Source: an uncultured bacterium (GTDB taxonomy: Bacteria; Auribacterota; Erginobacteria; Erginobacterales; Erginobacteraceae). From it: a stretch of 64,000 nt of DNA. The position numbers and the translations under genes were made by a program. This document shows, piece after piece, positions 19,348-29,290 of this stretch (its first letter is position 1; each line of letters starts with the position of its first letter). The stretch spans positions 1-64,000 of the forward strand of contig CAWGIE010000003.1 of NCBI GenBank assembly GCA_963822585.1. The letters run 5' to 3'. The notes beneath the pieces are model-generated. The model worked only from the letters and a program-made list of their open reading frames with translations. It ran no database searches and was not told the origin of the DNA.

Positions 19348-20157
19348 TCAACCCCCGGGGCGCAGTATCTTCATCGCCTCGGTCACGGATATGTTCTTGT
19401 GAACAAGGCTGTATATAGCTTTCATCATCAGACGAGGATTCTCGTGCTGGAAGACGTTTCTCCCCACGGAGACACCGGCGCCGCCGGCTTCCAGCGATTC
19501 CTTCACGATGGTAAAGATGCTTTTTTCATCATCGGCTCTTTCTCCCCCGGCGATTACCACCGGGATCGGGCATCCATCGACTACCTGCCGGAAACTGCTG
19601 ACTGAACCGGTATAATTTACCTTGACGATATCGGCGCCCAATTCGGCCGCGATCCGGGCCGCGTGTTTCACTCCTTCCACATCGTATTCGCTCCGGAATT
19701 TCTCCCCCCGCGTATACATCATGGCCAGCAGGGGCATCCCCCATTCCATGGCGGCGATACTGACCATCCCCAGATCCTTGAGCATCTCCGTTTCGTCTTC
19801 AGCCCCGATGTTAACATGGATCGAGACGGCGTCAGCACCCATCTTGAGTGCCATCTCGACCGAATTGACCAGGACTTTAGTATTGGGATCCGGACTCCAG
19901 ACGGTGCTTCCCGACAGGTGGAGAATCAGCCCCAGGTCTTTTCCGTATTTGCGGTGCCCGTAAAGGGGGAGTCCCATGTGCCCGAGGACCGCATTGGCTC
20001 CCCCCCGGGCCACCTCGTTCACCATCGTCCGCATATTGACCAGACCATGGATCGGTCCCATGGTCACCCCGTGGTCCATCGGAACAATGACGGAATGCCC
20101 GGTCTTCCGGTTGATGATCCGTTCCAGTCGTATTTTTTTCCCTAAGAGCATGCCCAT
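19348..20157 (-). CDS. DhnA-type class I aldolase, probable 2-amino-3,7-dideoxy-D-threo-hept-6-ulosonate synthase
   Basis: GKKIRLERI, IVPMDHG, AAELGADIVK (Schiff-base Lys), VIAGG, VGRNVFQ. Confidence 0.85.
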   Translation of the reverse strand: MGMLLGKKIRLERIINRKTGHSVIVPMDHGVTMGPIHGLVNMRTMVNEVARGGANAVLGHMGLPLYGHRKYGKDLGLILHLSGSTVWSPDPNTKVLVNSVEMALKMGADAVSIHVNIGAEDETEMLKDLGMVSIAAMEWGMPLLAMMYTRGEKFRSEYDVEGVKHAARIAAELGADIVKVNYTGSVSSFRQVVDGCPIPVVIAGGERADDEKSIFTIVKESLEAGGAGVSVGRNVFQHENPRLMMKAIYSLVHKNISVTEAMKILRPGG

Positions 20158-20320
20158 TCTCCCTCGGATGGATTATCGTTTATCGCAATAACATATAGTA
20201 CCACGAAAGGAGACGAAGTTTATGACTCCAGAGGCGGTTTTTTCGTTCACTTATACCATAGCAAGAAGATGTCGGTAATGAGAACAGCAATTTAAATGCA
20301 GAAATCCGAGGTCATGATCC

Positions 20321-22013
20321 TTACTGATCAGTTGTTCGGGCGTTGATCATCTCACCCAGAGCATCCCGCACCCGGTACCATTCCTCCGGGATCCCGGCTC
20401 CAGGCGCCGGGGTCGATGCCGTAGGAACCCGTTTCGCCCAGCCCTTTCCGGACAATAGAGTTAACCAGCGGATCCGGGTTTAATCCCCGCTCGACAGCCA
20501 GGCGGAAATACTCGTAATCCTGGATCCCGCGCCGGACCATCTTCATCCGGAAGGACGGGATCGGTCCCTTGATCGCCGGCAGCCCGATGCGGGGAAGCTG
20601 GTTGCCCGGATAAAAGAGATACATGTTCCCATTATCGCCCCCATGACTGGAGGGATCAAGATAGGGGTCTTCTCCCCAGAAGTCGGATGCCCAGTCGAAG
20701 AACCCGTCCACCCGGTATTTCCAGGCCATCCAGGCCCAGGACCGGAAGGCGACGCCGATGGCGTCAATACACATCAGACCGACCGATGGTTCGCCGGCGT
20801 GATAGAAGAACCCCTTTTCCCCCAGCGCCTGGCGATTCCGGATCGCCGCGGGATCATATTGCGAAGCCCGCGGCGCCCACCAGTCGACCACCCCATAGAG
20901 GTCCGGATGAGGGCCGTTCGTATAAAAATAATTGATCTTCCCTCCCGATGCCTCCCGGAGGATTTTACCGTATCGGATCACGGTCTCATCGGTTGGGCCC
21001 CTTTCATCCCAGACATAGGCGAAAGCGGAGTCGAGATCCCAGCCTTTTTCCTCCCAGTGTCGGACCACTTCCCGGCAGTAGTTTTCAAGGACATCATTCC
21101 CCGGGTTCCAGTTTTCCGGAAAGGGGAGTTCCCAGCACGCGGGGGAAGCCCCGTCGGCAAAGAGGCTTCCGTCGAGCACCGTTCCCAGATAGGCATCGTA
21201 TCGGCCCCAGTCAACGCCCTCCGTCGCGGTGATATTTTCCGGCATTAATCCCCAGTGCCCGTTACTGAAGCCGTGTTCATGAGCCATGATCTCGTAACGG
21301 CTCAAGACCACCCAGGCCTCATCGCAGAGAGCGAAAGGAATACCTTCTCCCCGGGTCCAGCGATACGCGTAGAGATCGAAAAAAACTTTCAGTTTTTTCC
21401 GATCGGGGAGAGAGAAATTCCAGACCGTGACCCGGAGGGTCAGCTCTTTGACGGTCCGGTCATGGCGGGTGATGCGGATCGTGCCGGTATAGAGACCGGC
21501 GGAAGCACCGGGAGGGATGAAAATGTCGACCCAGACCGGGCAGTTCTCATCCGGGGCAAGAGAGAGAGGAAGCGCCAGTTCCCGGGCCTTATCCGGGTAA
21601 GGGTTGTAAAAAGGAATCAGGGGATCGGGATAGGATCCCTTCCCGGTGCTCCCGTTGCGATCGGTGGGGGTGGTCACCCGGACATAGCGCTCCCGGTAAA
21701 GGCGGATGGCATTTCGGCTGATCAGGTCCGTTCCGGATTTCAGATCGCTGAACTCGACCCCGACCCCCTCCGCCGCTCGATCCGCCCGGATGATCAACTG
21801 CAGGGCCACCCATTCGTTGGCTGCTCCCTTGATGGAAATAGTGGAGGTAGCTCCGTCCCAGTGATGGTTTTGTTCCTGGTAGGGATCGTGAGGGGCCACC
21901 TTGAGACTGTCACCCGTGGCCCAGACGGTGAACTTTGGCTCCCGCAAGCGCCCGCTCAGGCAGGCAGGCAGGAGGACCATCAGGCAGCAAAAAAAGACCG
22001 ATCTCATTTTCAT
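20321..22013 (-). CDS. Putative lipoprotein, GH123/DUF4091-like glycoside hydrolase; probable +1 frameshift near 20389
   Basis: LLPAC lipobox; GAANEWVALQ, YPDPLIP, YVWDE, FYPG, PSFRMKMVRRGIQDYEY; removing one C gives DPEEWYRVRDALGEMI ending at 20321. Confidence 0.72.
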
Positions 22014-22096
22014 GGGGGTTATAGTATCCGGAAGAAGGCGGTAATGCAAATTGTACTTATCATGTCGTAATTTCAATAAATTATGGAAGAGAGCAT

Positions 22097-22320
22097 GAAT
22101 GACGAAATCCGAATGACGGATGACGAAAGAATGACGAAAAACAAATACCAAAGCGCCTCCGCCGAAGCGGCTTCGGCGCTCTCGCGCCATAGCGCGCGGG
22201 CGCGAAGGCAGATGACCAAATGCGCCCATATTGTCCGCGCCGCATAGCAGAAATGAAATGGGGAATTTGTTCATTTGTCATTTGGATTTCATTCGTCATT
22301 CGTCATTCGGATTTCGTCAC
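22097..22320. repeat. Family C palindrome with aatgacg/cgtcatt 7-nt units (also 31418-31584, 49526-49600; variant 40858-40960)
   Basis: aatgacgaaatccgaatgac... / ...gtcattcgtcattcggatttcgtca. Confidence 0.85.
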
Positions 22321-22424
22321 TAGTAGCGCCGAAGGCGATATGTTCTGTCTATTAGAGAGACATCGGTTCCCTGACATCGGTTCCCCTGTCTTGCCCGATC
22401 GCGGTTTATTATGTATTATAGATA

Positions 22425-24101
22425 GTGATGAATGCAGTTGCCGGACAATCGCCGAATACTCAGGAAAAACCCCGGGGCACCTCCCTGGAAGTGGAGAAGA
22501 TCGGCGAACTTCTCAAGGAACTCTGTATTACCCGGTCAAATCTGAATCTTTATTCGTTCGAGCACGAGGTCGCCCGCAAAAGCTTGAAGCATACCTACGA
22601 AGCCCTCAACCGGCTGCTGACCGGAAGGGACCAGATTACCATCGATATTACGCGGAGCGCTCTCCTTTTTGAAGGACTCCCGGTGGAAGAGCGAAATCCC
22701 ATGGTGGAAAGGATCGCCCGCGATCTCCGCGGCCTCCGGGTCAACGGCTTCACCTTCAAGAAGGGGATCACACTGAAAGAACTGGCCATTTTCTTTAAGA
22801 TGCTCACGTTGAAAAAAGAGGAGGTCGAGCGGATGGAAGGGGCGCGGGCGCTGCTGGAGGAACTGGGCGTCGAGCATATCGGGATCAATCAGGTTCGCTA
22901 CGTCCGGCTGGAGGACGACAAGAAGATTGTCGCCAAAGATGCCCACGTTCTGCAGAGGACCCTCCCCGCCCCGCAGGTCTCGGAGCGGGAACTCCTGAAC
23001 GGTCTCGTGAAAGCCCTGATGGATAAGCAGGCGGACCGGGACTGGCTGCTGGAAGAGATCAGGATCGATCCGGCCCGGGTGGCCAACCAGATGGTGGCCA
23101 TGATTAAATATTTTGACGACCAGGATGTTTTAAAACAGCAGGAAAGCCGCCAGGAGGCCCTGGATGCCCTGCTGACCAGCATCAAGACCCTGGGTGTCCG
23201 TCTGTCGGAACGGGATGCCGGCGAAGGAACCGGGGAAGAAGACAGAACGCTCGCCCAGTCCATGCTGATTCTGGAGCAGGAACTGAAGACCCGTTCCGCG
23301 GGACTGAAGAGTTCGAAAGCCGTAACCCGGTTCGTGGAGGAGATCACCAGCATGGTGACCGCTTTTATCGACAACCACCAGGCCAACCTGGTGGTGAAGG
23401 AGTATCTCAAGGATGAGAAAGGGCTGAAGAGGACCGAGCATCTTCTGCGGACGATCATGAAAAGAGAGCCCGAGAGCAGCCTGATGCCCCGCCTCCAGAC
23501 CGTGTTAAAGGAAAAGGGCCTCACGGAGAAAGACCTGGAGAAACTGATCAGCCGCCTCTTTCCCGACCCGAAAATTACTCCGGACGGAAAGCCCCGGAAG
23601 AAAAAGCCGCGGCGGCACCGGGCTCCCCGGCCGGTGATGGAAAAGATCGAGAACGCCCTGACGGCTAAGCTTGATTCGGCACAGGACAAGGAAGAGGTGA
23701 CTTCCTATCTGGCCGGCGTTTTTCAGCGGGAAGTCAATTCCCGTCTCCAGGAATCTCAGGAGGAACGAGTACGGCTGGCGGCCGACCTGAAGCGTGTTGA
23801 CGAGATGCTCAGTTCTGCCGGTCTGGGCCTGATCGTCCTGGACGAAGAAGGGCGGATCATTATGGCTACCGGTCCCTCCCCGGACCTGCCGGGGGAAGGG
23901 CCGGAACCGCGCCTGGAACCGGGCCTGAGGGAATGTATCGTCGGTATTTCCGAGGGGGCTTCATACCAGGACCGGGCCGCGTTTCTCAACAACCGCCCGC
24001 CGGAAGAACGTGACCGGCTGAACCGGTTCCTGGAAGGGATCGATCATCCGATCGTGAGCGAGGAGGGCGAGCTGCTGGGGATGATCATGAAAATAAATTA
24101 G
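22425..24101 (+). CDS. Hypothetical cytoplasmic helical protein; N-terminus resembles the domain preceding HD-GYP/HEAT modules; PAS-like C-terminal stub
   Basis: LYSFEH...FTFKKGITLKELAIFF...GVEHIGIN; GLIVLDEEGRII. Confidence 0.6.
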   Translation: MMNAVAGQSPNTQEKPRGTSLEVEKIGELLKELCITRSNLNLYSFEHEVARKSLKHTYEALNRLLTGRDQITIDITRSALLFEGLPVEERNPMVERIARDLRGLRVNGFTFKKGITLKELAIFFKMLTLKKEEVERMEGARALLEELGVEHIGINQVRYVRLEDDKKIVAKDAHVLQRTLPAPQVSERELLNGLVKALMDKQADRDWLLEEIRIDPARVANQMVAMIKYFDDQDVLKQQESRQEALDALLTSIKTLGVRLSERDAGEGTGEEDRTLAQSMLILEQELKTRSAGLKSSKAVTRFVEEITSMVTAFIDNHQANLVVKEYLKDEKGLKRTEHLLRTIMKREPESSLMPRLQTVLKEKGLTEKDLEKLISRLFPDPKITPDGKPRKKKPRRHRAPRPVMEKIENALTAKLDSAQDKEEVTSYLAGVFQREVNSRLQESQEERVRLAADLKRVDEMLSSAGLGLIVLDEEGRIIMATGPSPDLPGEGPEPRLEPGLRECIVGISEGASYQDRAAFLNNRPPEERDRLNRFLEGIDHPIVSEEGELLGMIMKIN

Positions 24102-24330
24102 CTCCCTTCCTGCCGGCAGGCAGGAAGGGAGCTAATTTATGTTTTGAACAAAGACTATTACGATTTTTTTTAATGAAGGAATTTACCACGCAGGTCACGA
24201 AGAACAGGAAAAAAGCTGGGAAACAAATAAGATTCAGCTTATTTTTTAAAAATCTTCGTGATCTTCGTGTTCTTCGTGGTTTTAATTTATTTTCAACGTG
24301 ATATAATTTTCGAGCAGGGTATAGCTAGTA

Positions 24331-25791
24331 TTATTCTTCCGTTTTGTAATCCATCACGTCGATCGAGATGGCGCCGATGACGTTGATTAGCCGGACCTGA
24401 TCGATAAGATCCCCTTCGCTGAGCTTGATATGGGTGGCGTCGACCGCCACCTGATCGAAGACCGGGTCGACGGTAAGCCATCGTCCCGTGTTCACCTCGG
24501 CCCACTGGTGAAAGTAAAACGCTCCGTCTTCCATCGCCACCAATCCGGCCACCGTCCGCGCGGGAAGGCCGAGACAGCGCGCCAGGGCGACGAAGAGGAT
24601 CGAGTGTGCCTTGCAGTCGCCCGCGCGTTTCTTCAGGATATCGACCGCATTTGGGATGGCCACCAGAAAGGATTTCTCCAGGTTTGAATACACCCACTCG
24701 CTGAGAAGGGCGGCGACCCGGCGGCTATTCTTTTCATCGCCGACGATCTCTCTGGCCAGGACCCTGATCGAAGGGTGGTTGCTCTGTATATAGGCCGTGG
24801 ATTTCAGGAAAGGCTTGAGAAGAGGATCCATGACGGGGAGCTGGCGCGGCGAAACCGACCCCTCTTCCTCCTTCCGTATTGTCAGGTAGTAGGTGTCCGG
24901 AGCGATCCGCGTGAATTGCTGGCGGGGAGAAGAGAGAAGAAGCGCGGGGTCCTCGATTCCACCGAGCCGCATGGTCAGTTCGACGACCCGGCGGGGATGG
25001 GGGACCACCCGTGCCGGGTGAACCGAGGTGATGAGCAGGAGGTCGCTGGAATAGCCGGTGTTTTTTGCTTCCTCTTCACCTTCCTCCCGGATGGTGATCG
25101 CCCCCACCTTGCTCTCCAGGGTATGGAGATTTTCGTCGATCAGCGAGACGGTGCTGATGCCGAGTGCCGGGAAATCGGACCTGATGCGGTAAAGTTCCGT
25201 AGGAACGCCGTTGATGAATCGCTTTTCGATGGAATCGACGGTATGGATCATCTTCACGGGGGCAAGAAGGGTGGTTTCGAACTGGATACCCTCGATTGTT
25301 CTGCCCGGAGGAGATTTTTCCCGGACCAGGATCAGATCAGCCAGCGCGTCGGCCAGTTTTTCCTCACCGGCAGGGACCGACTGCCGGTCGGTGGATGTTG
25401 TCACCTCGAAGCGGTCGTCCACCTTCTTGCCGGTGAGGGAGATATGTCCCAGGATGGAGTCATGCGCGGCCGAGAAAGCGACCAACCCCTCATCAGGGAG
25501 GTAGATCTTTTCCTCCTCGATCGACATCTCCCGGAAACTTCCCCCGATGTTCACGCGATAAAAGACCGAAAAGTCCGAAGTATAGGAAGTCATGCTCCGG
25601 TAAGCGGATTGAGCCAGGCGAAAAGAACCGTACCCGACCTTGTTCCCCATCAGATAGACCCCGTACCACCGGGTGCCCAGAAAGGGTGACGGGTCGAACT
25701 TCGTAGAACCGTGAGAGGGGGAAATCCCGGCGCCCAGCGCGGCATGGACCAGGAGGATGACGGTCAGGATGACCGGGCGCTTCGTTATCAT
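24331..25791 (-). CDS. Exported transglutaminase-like protein
   Basis: Signal peptide; Cys-His-Asp triad motifs GDCKAH, FHQWAEV, WLTVDP. Confidence 0.88.
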   Translation of the reverse strand: MITKRPVILTVILLVHAALGAGISPSHGSTKFDPSPFLGTRWYGVYLMGNKVGYGSFRLAQSAYRSMTSYTSDFSVFYRVNIGGSFREMSIEEEKIYLPDEGLVAFSAAHDSILGHISLTGKKVDDRFEVTTSTDRQSVPAGEEKLADALADLILVREKSPPGRTIEGIQFETTLLAPVKMIHTVDSIEKRFINGVPTELYRIRSDFPALGISTVSLIDENLHTLESKVGAITIREEGEEEAKNTGYSSDLLLITSVHPARVVPHPRRVVELTMRLGGIEDPALLLSSPRQQFTRIAPDTYYLTIRKEEEGSVSPRQLPVMDPLLKPFLKSTAYIQSNHPSIRVLAREIVGDEKNSRRVAALLSEWVYSNLEKSFLVAIPNAVDILKKRAGDCKAHSILFVALARCLGLPARTVAGLVAMEDGAFYFHQWAEVNTGRWLTVDPVFDQVAVDATHIKLSEGDLIDQVRLINVIGAISIDVMDYKTEE

Positions 25792-26375
25792 TTGATGATG
25801 AATCGTTTCTTTTCCGCCGGTGTGGGGATCGGCGCGGGGGTCGGGGTGGAGGCCGGCCGGTTATTCACCTGTTCGACGATCTTTTCCGCTTCCGCCATCG
25901 AAAAATCGCCGTAGAAGTCGATATGGTCTTTTTCCCGGATCGGGGTCATCTCGGCGGTGTAACGGGAAGTCCCGTCGATGGTGAAGATAATGGTGCGCCC
26001 GACGTTGCCCATCATCGCTTCCCGGTATTTAAGCTTCCCGGCCGGCGAGAGGTGAAGCCGGAGAAACGGCGGCAACGCCTCCAGCTCGGAAGTGACCCAG
26101 ATAAGATCGTCACCAGTCAGCCAGGGAACCTCCTGAACTATCTCGAAGATGCCGGTCTGCATCACGAACTCACCCTCCTCGCGGTGAACCGGGACGATTT
26201 TAGCCGCCCGGCGGAAGTATAACTCAATCGGGATCATGCGCGGGGTGGGAGACGGTGACGGGGCGCAGGTAGGGGTGGGAGAGGGCGCGGCGATCAGGTC
26301 GGCCGCATCCGGCTCATCCCCGTTCCCGCCGGCGCCGATCAGTAGCATCGTTAACAGTAAAGGTATGGTGGTCAT
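25788..26375 (-). CDS. Exported protein with SecDF P1-head-like domain and PT-rich linkers
   Basis: LTGDDL...LHLSPAG..KY...NVGRTIIFTIDG pattern; ATGA-coupled to the transglutaminase gene. Confidence 0.55.
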   Translation of the reverse strand: MTTIPLLLTMLLIGAGGNGDEPDAADLIAAPSPTPTCAPSPSPTPRMIPIELYFRRAAKIVPVHREEGEFVMQTGIFEIVQEVPWLTGDDLIWVTSELEALPPFLRLHLSPAGKLKYREAMMGNVGRTIIFTIDGTSRYTAEMTPIREKDHIDFYGDFSMAEAEKIVEQVNNRPASTPTPAPIPTPAEKKRFIIK

Positions 26376-26587
26376 AGTGCACCTGATTGTAATTCCCCAA
26401 CATCCAGGCTATACTGTATCATATATACTTACTCAGGAGAGCAATAAATAGAATGCATTCTTTGCCACGGTCATTCAGACTGTGTCGCAATTGCTATTCT
26501 CGATGATTTTACTTTATGCTCTCCTTGGTAACTAAAGTAAAACACCAGAACGAGGGACCGCCGCTCGCGGTTTCGGAGGAAGCGAAG

Positions 26588-26983
26588 ATGCCAATATTCG
26601 AGTATGCGTGCCCCGGGTGCCGGAAGATATTCAGCTTCCTGGTCCGCAATCCGTCCGCCCGGAAGAAACGCCGTTGTCCGCGCTGCGGTTCGCCGGATCT
26701 GAAAAAAGTGTACAGTACCTTCGCCCTGGTCCACTCGGAGGACAGCCGCCTGGAAAAGATGGCCGACCCCTCGTTTTTCACCGGTCTCGATGAGCAAGAT
26801 CCCCGCAGCATGGCGCGCCTGATGAGGAAGATGGCTCGGGAGACGGGGGAGGAGATGGACGACGAAATGAAAGAAATCTGTGAACGCCTCGAAGCCGGTG
26901 AAGACCCCGAGAAACTGGAAGAACAACTGGACGGTGGCGGAGAGGGATATTCGCGGGACGACAGCGGCACCCTTTATGAATAA
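26588..26983 (+). CDS. FmdB-family zinc-ribbon protein
   Basis: MPIFEYACPGC...CPRCGS; GGAGG RBS. Confidence 0.9.
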   Translation: MPIFEYACPGCRKIFSFLVRNPSARKKRRCPRCGSPDLKKVYSTFALVHSEDSRLEKMADPSFFTGLDEQDPRSMARLMRKMARETGEEMDDEMKEICERLEAGEDPEKLEEQLDGGGEGYSRDDSGTLYE

Positions 26984-27017
26984 ATACCCGTTAGCGCCTC
27001 CGGCGCTAACGGGTATT
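26983..27017. terminator. Perfect 16-bp hairpin between convergent genes
   Basis: aatacccgttagcgcc-tcc-ggcgctaacgggtatt. Confidence 0.55.
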
Positions 27018-27236
27018 GTTAAGTGCAAGGTGTGAAGTGTAAGGGCGGAAGCTTTTCACTTTACACAGTCGCAGATCACGCCCCAGATTCGGAATTTCGA
27101 TAATCTTGTTTTTCTGGGAAAATAAGACTTTAATAAAGAATTTAAAAGCGGCATTGCCTCAATGGAATTATGACAGTCTTTGTTCAAAACATAAATTAGC
27201 TCGCTTCCTGCCAGCAGGAAGCGAGCTAATTTATAT

Positions 27237-28343
27237 TTATAAGTGGAGAGCGCGAAGACGGCGGCGGCAGAGGTTGACGAGAGGTCCGGGGGTGGCGGCG
27301 CGCTTCCTGAACTCCGGCGTCCAGCGTTCCCGATGCCTGGAATAGAGTTTCTGCAGCAGCCCGTGATCGATCCCCGGCCAGGTCTTTCTTTTCGCGGCCT
27401 TGAAGCCCTCGAATGGCAACTCGTATTCCCCCGCCGGCCACCGCTCCCGGAGCGCCGCCTCCAGCGTCATTCCCCGGAGGGCCAGCTCCAGCATCTTCTC
27501 CCAGTAGGAACGGACGTCATCCAGGTACTCGGGGACGTTGAACGCGCGGGCCCCTCCGTCATAGATAACGCATCGCTCCAGGGGATAGGAGAGATTCCGG
27601 TACTGGGTAAGCTCGAACTCGGGGGCGAGCAGGGCCGGGGTCAGCATCAGATCGGTACCCTGGAGTTTTATGGCAACCCGGGTCCTTGAGTCGGCGAGGT
27701 GAAATTTCCCTTCGAGGTAGACCAGGTAGGTTTTCCGGTATTCGGGAAAGACCGAACGGAAGAGGAGATCGTATTGCCGGAGAGTTTTTTCGATCTTGTG
27801 ACATCCGACAGTGAAGAAGAAGACATTCTGAACCGGTCTTCCCAGGTTTTTTGCCAGGCGGAAAATGATATCGAAACCGTTCTGAACGGTTACCCCGGTG
27901 GCCACGATCTCCCCGATGAAGAAGCTGGCGTTCTCCGGGATCTCCAGTTTCCGGTATTGGTCGTCTTTTATGTACCACCGTCCGTATTGATCCCGCTGCC
28001 GCTGCGAAGTCAGGAATGAAGAGAGATGAGTGTTGAAGCCGACGGCTTCGTGAAGGCTGTCGCGGATGCCGAAATTCAGGCCGGACCGGAGAAAGTGGAT
28101 CACGCTGATGCTTTGCGGATCGAGAGATCTGATCGCCTCCGGATCCGGGAAATGCCTGATGGCCAGGGTCATGGTTTTGCGCAGGGAGTCGGTGAACTCG
28201 CAGCCGAAGATCTCGGGCCGGTTCAGGAGGTCCCGTGAATAGGGGGTGGTGAGGACATAGGTCTGAAGTTCCCCGGGATAGTCTTCGAGGAGGCGGTAAT
28301 AGGCGATCTGCTGATTTTTCAGGATAAGCTTTAAACGATCCAT
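27237..28343 (-). CDS. Uncharacterised protein with uracil-PRTase-like motifs
   Basis: VIHFLRSGL (cf. UPRT ILRAGL) and FIGEIVATGVT (cf. PRPP loop DPMLATGGS). Confidence 0.55.
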   Translation of the reverse strand: MDRLKLILKNQQIAYYRLLEDYPGELQTYVLTTPYSRDLLNRPEIFGCEFTDSLRKTMTLAIRHFPDPEAIRSLDPQSISVIHFLRSGLNFGIRDSLHEAVGFNTHLSSFLTSQRQRDQYGRWYIKDDQYRKLEIPENASFFIGEIVATGVTVQNGFDIIFRLAKNLGRPVQNVFFFTVGCHKIEKTLRQYDLLFRSVFPEYRKTYLVYLEGKFHLADSRTRVAIKLQGTDLMLTPALLAPEFELTQYRNLSYPLERCVIYDGGARAFNVPEYLDDVRSYWEKMLELALRGMTLEAALRERWPAGEYELPFEGFKAAKRKTWPGIDHGLLQKLYSRHRERWTPEFRKRAATPGPLVNLCRRRLRALHL

Positions 28344-28549
28344 TTTAATTTTTCCTGCGAAAAAATAAGATAAGTTCTTACCCCGGCATCGTATTAAAAT
28401 CTCGTGACGGAGTCAAATAGTTAAAATAGTCAACAGCAGAACCATCGGGGGGATGCAACGGGTCAATTTAAACTTGTTTATTGTTTTCTTGCTGTTATTC
28501 TCGGCAATTGACGTCATATAACACCGTATTCGATAAAGAGGTGCGTGCC

Positions 28550-29053
28550 ATGAGCGTTATCGCCAAGAGCGAACTGAAAAAACTAATCAGGGAGGGGATC
28601 ATCGGGATCGAGCCGTTCTCGGAACGCCAGATCGGCCCCGGCTCGGTGGACCTTCACCTGGGAAGCACCTTCCTGGTCTATAAAAAGGTGCGCGATATTT
28701 ACCACATCACCGATAAAGCGGATTTCAGAGAAATTACCCAGGAGATCAAGGTGAAGGATTACTTCCTGATGCTCCCGGGCGAGTCGGCCATGGGTATGAC
28801 CCTGGAGAAGATCACCCTTCCCGATAACATCTGCGGCCGGCTGGAAGGACGAAGCCGCTTTGCCCGCCTGGGTCTGCTTGTTCACATCACCGCCAGTTTC
28901 ATGCATCCCGGGATAAACAACCATCAGTTTCTGGAGATGTACAATGCCAGTCCGATCCCCCTCGCCATTCATCCCGGTACCCGGATCTGCCAATTTATCT
29001 TCGAGTATACGGTCGGAAAGGGCCATTACCGGGGCAAGTTCGCCCGGCAGTAA
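28550..29053 (+). CDS. dcd: dCTP deaminase
   Basis: IGPGSVDLHLG, LEGRSRFARLGL.VH.TA, GTRICQFIF. Confidence 0.9.
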   Translation: MSVIAKSELKKLIREGIIGIEPFSERQIGPGSVDLHLGSTFLVYKKVRDIYHITDKADFREITQEIKVKDYFLMLPGESAMGMTLEKITLPDNICGRLEGRSRFARLGLLVHITASFMHPGINNHQFLEMYNASPIPLAIHPGTRICQFIFEYTVGKGHYRGKFARQ

Positions 29054-29290
29054 AAGATCGCCACCAAGGCACAAAGGCACCAAGAAAAGAGAAATGTAAA
29101 AAGAAAACCTGGATATGGTCAGGAGGGGAGCAGGTGATCCGGGCATCAGCGAGGAGATTATCAGGCTAATAGGAAATCAGATCACTGCTGCCGGCTCCCC
29201 GGCCTCCTGTTTACCCACTGAAACATGATTTTTCACTATTCATTCTAGTGTCTTGGTGGCAAAACCGCGAGTGAAACGAGCTAATTTTAA

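Noticed and set aside
22014..22274. N-terminal extensions in the ORF track for the GH123-like gene (likewise 31538, 40963-41472, 48139, 58910)
   Set aside because: They run through intergenic repeats or upstream genes; downstream ATG starts fit the protein families better.
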